A stretch of 41,632 bases of DNA from a candidate division WOR-3 bacterium. Its GTDB lineage: Bacteria > Hydrothermota > Tepidihabitantia > Tepidihabitantales > Tepidihabitantaceae. Both the position numbers and the translations under genes were made by a program. This document shows, piece by piece, positions 36,792 through 41,632 of this stretch; position 1 is the stretch's first letter; each line of letters starts with the position of its first letter. The stretch covers positions 1 through 41,632 of the forward strand of contig JBBISL010000017.1 in the NCBI GenBank assembly GCA_037441285.1, in the 5' to 3' direction. Under the pieces are notes generated by a model, which saw nothing but the letters and a program-made list of their open reading frames with translations, did not search any database and was not told where the DNA came from.

Positions 36792-37223
36792 TTAGTCCTC
36801 CTCCACGGTCAGACCCATCGACTTCGCCGTGCCTTCAATAATCCGCATCGCCGCCTCAATACTGGCGGCATTCAAATCCTTCATCTTCCGCTGGGCGATA
36901 TCGCGCAAAACCGACCGCTTGACCACACCAACCTTTGCCCGATTGGGTTCACCCGAACCCTTTGCCAGACCGACCGCCTGTTTCAACAGCACCGAAGCCG
37001 GCGGACTCTTCGTTTCAAAGGTAAACTTGCGGTCCGAGTAAATTGTCACCACAACCGGGATAATCATTCCCGGTGGTTCCTTACGCGTTGCTTCGTTAAC
37101 CGCCTTAATAAACTCTCCAATATTGACACCATGTTGACCCAATGCCGGGCCCACCGGCGGCGCCGCTGTTGCCTGTCCCGCCGGTATCTGAAGTTTTACC
37201 ACCGCCAGAACTTTCTTCGCCAT
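36792..37223 (-). CDS. rplK: 50S ribosomal protein L11
   Basis: [34 protein letters not shown]. Confidence 0.99.
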   Translation of the reverse strand: MAKKVLAVVKLQIPAGQATAAPPVGPALGQHGVNIGEFIKAVNEATRKEPPGMIIPVVVTIYSDRKFTFETKSPPASVLLKQAVGLAKGSGEPNRAKVGVVKRSVLRDIAQRKMKDLNAASIEAAMRIIEGTAKSMGLTVEED

Positions 37224-37234
37224 AAACTTGCCTC

Positions 37235-37765
37235 CTAAATCGGCTGGACCTCAAGAAAATCGAGGTCGATCGGCGTCGGCCTACCAAATATCGTCACAAT
37301 AACTTTGACCCGCCGCCGCTCACTCATAATCTCTTCCACTGTGCCGGTAAAACCGGCAAACGGACCCTTGGTTACCTTCACCGTCTCGCCCTTCTCGAAT
37401 GGCGCCTCGGGTTGCACCTTGTCCGCCCCTCGCTCCACCTGCTCCAGCATTGCCGCCACCTCACCCTCAGTTAGTGCCAGTGGCTCCTTCCGAGTGCCCA
37501 GCATATGAGTCACACCGGGAATCGAAGTGACCAGTTTCAATGCCTCCTCATTCGGCTCCATTTCAACAACGATGTAACCCGGATATAGCCGTCTTTCCTC
37601 CGCAACAATCTTCGACTTGCGCACTCGTGCCACCCGCTCCGAAGGAACCATCACCCGACCAAAAAACTCCTTCAACCCCTTCGCTTCAATCGCCTTCTCT
37701 AACAACTCCTTTACCTTTTTCTCCCGGCCGGTGTAGGTGTGGACAACAAAAAACTTCATCGCCAT
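37235..37765 (-). CDS. nusG: Transcription elongation factor NusG
   Basis: [23 protein letters not shown] motif [17 protein letters not shown]. Confidence 0.98.
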   Translation of the reverse strand: MAMKFFVVHTYTGREKKVKELLEKAIEAKGLKEFFGRVMVPSERVARVRKSKIVAEERRLYPGYIVVEMEPNEEALKLVTSIPGVTHMLGTRKEPLALTEGEVAAMLEQVERGADKVQPEAPFEKGETVKVTKGPFAGFTGTVEEIMSERRRVKVIVTIFGRPTPIDLDFLEVQPI

Positions 37766-37776
37766 GCTTTACTACA

Positions 37777-37968
37777 TCAACGGAGTATCAAAGCCAGAAG
37801 ATGGGAAAAGATGAAATCACACAACCCGATAAACGCCGCCAGTACCGCCGAAAACACAATGACGACTAATGTGGTTGTCCACAACTCGCGCGGGCGAGCC
37901 CAGGAAACCTTCTTCATCTCGGCAACCACATCTTTGATATATTCTCGAATTCGCTTTATTAGGTTCAT
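37777..37968 (-). CDS. secE: Preprotein translocase subunit SecE
   Basis: EMKKVSW motif plus one TM helix, between tRNA-Trp and nusG. Confidence 0.96.
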   Translation of the reverse strand: MNLIKRIREYIKDVVAEMKKVSWARPRELWTTTLVVIVFSAVLAAFIGLCDFIFSHLLALILR

Positions 37969-37978
37969 CTTTCTTCTA

Positions 37979-38051
37979 CAGGCCAGGAGGGATTTGAACC
38001 CCCATCCTTCGGATTTGGAGTCCGCTGCTCTACCGTTAGAGCTACTGGCCT
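37979..38051 (-). tRNA. tRNA-Trp (CCA)
   Basis: AGGCCAG...CTGGCCT-G acceptor stem, anticodon loop CT-CCA-AA, T-loop GGTTCAAATCC; 3' CCA not encoded. Confidence 0.96.
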
Positions 38052-38196
38052 ATTTAACCTCCTTGTGCACAGTGTGTTTCCGGCAGACTGGACAAAACTT
38101 CTTAATCTCCAGCCGCTCGGTCTTCTTCTTGTTCTTGTTGGTATGGTAATTCCGATTTTTACACTCGGTACAGGAAAGAGTAACAAATATCCGCAT
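38050..38196 (-). CDS. rpmG: 50S ribosomal protein L33, Zn-ribbon (C+) form, 48 aa; missed by the ORF track
   Basis: Manual translation [48 protein letters not shown]. Confidence 0.97.
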   Translation of the reverse strand: MRIFVTLSCTECKNRNYHTNKNKKKTERLEIKKFCPVCRKHTVHKEVK

Positions 38197-38200
38197 CGCA

Positions 38201-39403
38201 CTACTCGATAATCTCCACTACCGTGCCGGCACCAACCGTCCGACCACCCTCACGGATGGCGAACTTGGAATTCTGCTCCAGAGCCACGGGTGTAATCAAC
38301 TCAATCTCCATCGTCACATGGTCTCCGGGCATCACCATCTCCACCCCGGGTGGTAGCTGCACCGTTCCGGTGACATCGGTCGTTCGAATGTAAAACTGCG
38401 GTCGGTATCCCGGGAAAAACGGCGTGTGTCTGCCGCCCTCTTCCTTCGTCAGAACATAAACCTCCGCCTTAAACTTCTTGTAGGGCTTAATCGAGCCCAC
38501 AGCGGCAATCACCATCCCGCGCTCCACCTCATCCTTACCCACGCCCCGCAACAAGAGACCAACATTGTCACCAGCCCGGGCATCGTCTAACACTTTGCGG
38601 AACATCTCGATGCTCGTTACCACAACCTTATCGTGCTTACCGAATCCCACAATCTCAACCTCACTACCCGGTTTAAGAACACCTCGTTCCACCCGGCCCG
38701 TAACCACGGTTCCGCGTCCGGTAATCGAAAAGATGTCCTCAATCGGCATCAGGAACGGTTTATCGACATCCCGCACCGGCTCCGGAATAAATTCGTCGAG
38801 CGCCTTAATTAACTCCCAGACTGAATCAACATTGGGTCCTGAATCCTCCTGCAACGCCTTCAACGCACTTCCTTTAATAATTGGTGTCTTATCCCCGGGA
38901 AACTCATACTTATTGAGAATATCCCGAATCTCCTCAGAGACCAGCTCCACCAAATCCGGGTCATCTACCAGGTCAACCTTATTCAGGTAAACGACGATTG
39001 CCGGCACATTGACCTGCCGTGCCAGAAGGACATGTTCTGTTGTCTGGGGCATCGGACCATCTGCCGCCGACACGACGAGAATCGCCCCGTCCATCTGTGC
39101 CGCACCGGTAATCATATTCTTGATATAGTCGGCGTGACCCGGACAGTCGATATGCGCATAATGCCGTTTTTCACTCTCATACTCAACATGAGCTACAGCA
39201 ATGGTCAGAATTTTGGTCTCGTCCCGGCGGCCATGGGCTTCACTTGCCTTTGCCACCTGGTCGTAGGTGGTGTAGGTGGCGAGACCTTTTGTTGCCAGCA
39301 CCTTGGTGATGGCAGAAGTCAGTGTCGTCTTGCCGTGGTCCACGTGACCGATCGTCCCGACATTGACATGTGGCTTCTTGCGTTCAAACTTTGCCTTAGC
39401 CAT
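38201..39403 (-). CDS. tuf: Elongation factor Tu
   Basis: [65 protein letters not shown]. Confidence 0.99.
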   Translation of the reverse strand: MAKAKFERKKPHVNVGTIGHVDHGKTTLTSAITKVLATKGLATYTTYDQVAKASEAHGRRDETKILTIAVAHVEYESEKRHYAHIDCPGHADYIKNMITGAAQMDGAILVVSAADGPMPQTTEHVLLARQVNVPAIVVYLNKVDLVDDPDLVELVSEEIRDILNKYEFPGDKTPIIKGSALKALQEDSGPNVDSVWELIKALDEFIPEPVRDVDKPFLMPIEDIFSITGRGTVVTGRVERGVLKPGSEVEIVGFGKHDKVVVTSIEMFRKVLDDARAGDNVGLLLRGVGKDEVERGMVIAAVGSIKPYKKFKAEVYVLTKEEGGRHTPFFPGYRPQFYIRTTDVTGTVQLPPGVEMVMPGDHVTMEIELITPVALEQNSKFAIREGGRTVGAGTVVEIIE

Positions 39404-39502
39404 TTTCTTATCCTCCTTACTTGGCTATGTTCACTCCCACAACTTTAAACAAAACGTCCACTCCTTGGCGCTTCTGCCTGAGCGACGCAACTCTAACTCT
39501 TC

Positions 39503-39575
39503 AGCCCACGGCCGGAATTGAACCGGCGACCTCTTCCTTACCAAGGAAGTGCTCTGCCGACTGAGCTACATGGGC
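39503..39575 (-). tRNA. tRNA-Thr (GGT)
   Basis: GCCCATG...CGTGGGC-T; anticodon arm CTTCC-TT-GGT-AA-GGAAG; GGTTCAATTCC. Confidence 0.96.
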
Positions 39576-39594
39576 AATTTTTCAACGTTCCCAA

Positions 39595-39622
39595 ATTATA
39601 CTATTAAATTTTTATCTGTCAA
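39595..39622 (-). promoter_or_regulatory. Consensus promoter TTGACA-16-TATAAT upstream of tRNA-Thr(GGT)-tuf
   Basis: Minus strand TTGACAgataaaaatttaatagTATAAT with an AT-rich upstream region. Confidence 0.8.
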
Positions 39623-39665
39623 CAACTAACTACTTAAAAATTAATGCGCAAACAGCAACCCGTTC

Positions 39666-39736
39666 AGCGGGCGATGGGAGTCGAACCCACGCAAACAGCT
39701 TGGAAGGCTGTTGTGCTACCATTACACCACGCCCGC
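39666..39736 (-). tRNA. tRNA-Gly (TCC)
   Basis: GCGGGCG...CGCCCGC-T; anticodon arm ACAGC-CT-TCC-AA-GCTGT; GGTTCGACTCC. Confidence 0.96.
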
Positions 39737-39758
39737 GTCCTACGGGCAAAACCGATAA

Positions 39759-39841
39759 TGGACGGGGAAGGATTCGAACCTCCGTAGGCGTTCGCCAGCA
39801 GATTTACAGTCTGCCCCCTTTAACCACTCGGGAACCCGTCC
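39759..39841 (-). tRNA. tRNA-Tyr (GTA)
   Basis: GGACGGG...CCCGTCC-A; GCAGA-CT-GTA-AA-TCTGC; long variable arm; GGTTCGAATCC. Confidence 0.96.
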
Positions 39842-39851
39842 AAAATTTTCC

Positions 39852-39924
39852 AGCCGACAGAGGGAGTCGAACCCCCGACCTGAGGTTTACAAAACCTCTG
39901 CTCTACCGGCTGAGCTATGTCGGC
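39852..39924 (-). tRNA. tRNA-Thr (TGT)
   Basis: GCCGACA...TGTCGGC-T; GAGGT-TT-TGT-AA-ACCTC; GGTTCGACTCC. Confidence 0.96.
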
Positions 39925-39959
39925 AAAACTGTCGGGCGGTTCAACCCGCCCTAAATTAA

Positions 39960-39988
39960 ACTATAGCCCAAAATGTACCAGCGGTCAA
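39960..39988 (-). promoter_or_regulatory. Promoter TTGACC-17-TATAGT for the tRNA cluster
   Basis: Minus strand TTGACCgctggtacattttgggcTATAGT; a leader hairpin GGGCGG-gttgaa-CCGCCC follows. Confidence 0.7.
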
Positions 39989-40054
39989 GTTATTCTTCTC
40001 TTGTACCAAACATCTCAACCTACCCCTACCACTGGCAAATATATCTCTTGTTTA

Positions 40055-40095
40055 TAAAGAAAACCGGGGCTGAGACTTATTTTGCCCAGCCCCGG
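40055..40095 (-). terminator. Rho-independent terminator
   Basis: CCGGGGCTG...CAGCCCCGG stem followed by TTTTCTTT, 15 nt after the stop at 40111. Confidence 0.85.
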
Positions 40096-40110
40096 CGTTT
40101 ATCTCTTGCT

Positions 40111-41631
40111 CTATCTTGTCAGGACCAGTTTACCCCAGGCTTCGGTTGTTGATGTCTTCACCCGATAGAAGTAAACACCGCGCGCCACTTCGCGACCTTC
40201 ATCGTCTCTGCCATCCCAGACGAAGTCCGCCCCGGTCGTTACCGACTTTGCCCGCGCCACACTCTTTACCAGCCGTCCGGTGTTGTCATACACCATGAGG
40301 TCAACATTGGAAGGCTGGTTGAGTGTAACCGAAAGAACCGTTCTGCCGGTAAACGGATTGGGACGGGCAGCAACCGCGAGCGCCCGGTCCCTACCCGGCA
40401 GTTCAACCTTTTCCTCTTCGCTTCCGGTGGCTCCCATATTGAATCCAACCACCTTGAGAATCTGGTTGTTGCTACCGGAGCTGTACTGCATAATCGTCAC
40501 CCAGTAAGAGCCGTCGCGCGGGTCGCACTCAATTCCCCGCATATTCCACTCGGTATTGGCGAACCGGAACCGGTTGCGCAGCGCACCCGTTACCCGGTCA
40601 ATCTCCATCATCGCACAGGAGTCAAGAGTCGTACCGGAAGCGTCAAAGAACGAGTACATATTGAGCAGGGATGGGCTGTTGCTCGGTGCGCGGTAGTCAA
40701 GTGCCAGACAGCGCGTGCCATAATACCAGGCAACCGGATGAACAATCGTGTCCTGAATGTTGCCCAGCGTGTCGTAAACGAAAATCATCTGCTGGGTAGT
40801 GGTACGCCGGTCACTGACATAAACCTGATGGGTTGCCTCATGCTCAACCACACCGCACGGGTATTCTGCCTGAGGAACGGTAAAGTATCTAATCACCGTA
40901 CCGGTCGGCGTAATCTTATACACCCGCTTTGAAGGATTGGCTAACACCCAGAAGGTGTTGTCATATGCGTTGTAGGCGATATCGGTGCAGGAGTCTTCCG
41001 GTAAGGTAATTGTGCCCCGCGCCTGAAGCAAGGAGTCGGATGTGTACTTGTAGAGGGTAGCACTCATAAAGTAGATGCAGTAAATCAGGCTATCCTGGCT
41101 GTTGTAAGCGACACCGTAAAGACCCCAGTCGGTTGGCATCCCCGGGCACACTCTCGGTCCCCAGATGATGGTTCCGGGCTGAGGTGGCGGCTCACCGACA
41201 CGCAGGGTAATCGGGATTTTGGTCGCGTAATCGGCGCTGTCTCCAGTCACATACAGGGTGCAGGCGACATTTGTCCCGGGTGGAATCGTTCCCGCCGCGG
41301 TAACCGCAATCGGGTCGGTTGTGTTCGTCGCCTCGCTGCCTGAAGGGATGTCACCCCAGGTGCCAAGCGAATCGGTCACGCTCAACCGGCTATCAAACGC
41401 CCGGAAAGTTCCTGCGGTGTTGTTGCAGCCGGCACCGCCGGAATTGCGCAGTGTAATGCGCAAGCGCGCCGATTCACCCGGGTCAACTCTGCCGTTGTTG
41501 TTGCCACCCGGTGGCGAATCGTGAATTGCCACACCCCGCAGCACAATCATCGGGCCACCGGAGCCGGTGACATAGTTCACCGCCGCGAGGGCGTCAATCC
41601 TGCCGGCACCAAAGTCGTTGTCTTTACCCGC
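40111..41631 (-). CDS. 3' part of a secreted S8 (subtilisin-like) peptidase with Ig-like domain, beta-propeller-like region and FlgD/T9SS-type C-terminal domain; 5' end outside the window
   Basis: Frame open to the window edge: AGKDNDFGAGRIDALAAVNY is typical of the end of an S8 domain; GNNNGRVDPGE; RPNPF...VYDNTGRLVK...WDGRDDEGREVARGVYF...KLVLTR. Confidence 0.8.
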   Translation of the reverse strand, partial: AGKDNDFGAGRIDALAAVNYVTGSGGPMIVLRGVAIHDSPPGGNNNGRVDPGESARLRITLRNSGGAGCNNTAGTFRAFDSRLSVTDSLGTWGDIPSGSEATNTTDPIAVTAAGTIPPGTNVACTLYVTGDSADYATKIPITLRVGEPPPQPGTIIWGPRVCPGMPTDWGLYGVAYNSQDSLIYCIYFMSATLYKYTSDSLLQARGTITLPEDSCTDIAYNAYDNTFWVLANPSKRVYKITPTGTVIRYFTVPQAEYPCGVVEHEATHQVYVSDRRTTTQQMIFVYDTLGNIQDTIVHPVAWYYGTRCLALDYRAPSNSPSLLNMYSFFDASGTTLDSCAMMEIDRVTGALRNRFRFANTEWNMRGIECDPRDGSYWVTIMQYSSGSNNQILKVVGFNMGATGSEEEKVELPGRDRALAVAARPNPFTGRTVLSVTLNQPSNVDLMVYDNTGRLVKSVARAKSVTTGADFVWDGRDDEGREVARGVYFYRVKTSTTEAWGKLVLTR

Positions 41632-41632
41632 A

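Noticed and set aside
37965..38201. 78-aa ORF-track call overlapping rpmG and tRNA-Trp
   Set aside because: Wrong frame; the real gene is rpmG at 38050-38196.
1..41632. CRISPR array, IS/transposase, integrase, prophage, rRNA or defence system
   Set aside because: No regularly spaced direct repeats, terminal inverted repeats or relevant protein motifs seen by eye.

Overview
Bacterial chromosome segment from a diderm organism. Several secreted proteins with T9SS/FlgD-type C-terminal domains, a PorV-like barrel and an unusual EF-Tu suggest an FCB-related candidate lineage such as WOR-3 (inference only). Left to right: (1) a tightly packed six-gene minus-strand operon (PorV/FadL-like barrel, tandem helix-hairpin-helix + beta-barrel protein, second barrel, secreted 5'-nucleotidase, divergent RecJ-like DHH protein, RlmI-type methyltransferase) that may capture and salvage nucleic acids; (2) an AT-richer cassette of three secreted-protein genes, one interrupted by a single in-frame TGA; (3) mnmG, a QueG-like gene, a PlpD-like patatin-POTRA-barrel gene and RNase P RNA; (4) two paralogous PTS-EIIA/ArsB-NhaD fusion transporters flanking a USP-like gene, a GT39-TPR gene and canonical recJ; (5) the core cluster tRNA-Thr/Tyr/Gly/Thr-tuf-rpmG-tRNA-Trp-secE-nusG-rplKAJL-rpoBC-rpsLG, which ends without fusA; (6) the 3' part of an S8 peptidase with a FlgD/CTD tail. 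Notable details: a ~70-aa ferredoxin/SPOR-like insertion in RpoB, the rpmG stop codon overlapping tRNA-Trp, and probable leaderless promoters. No CRISPR array, IS element, prophage or rRNA was seen. All family calls come from motif recognition by eye, not database searches.
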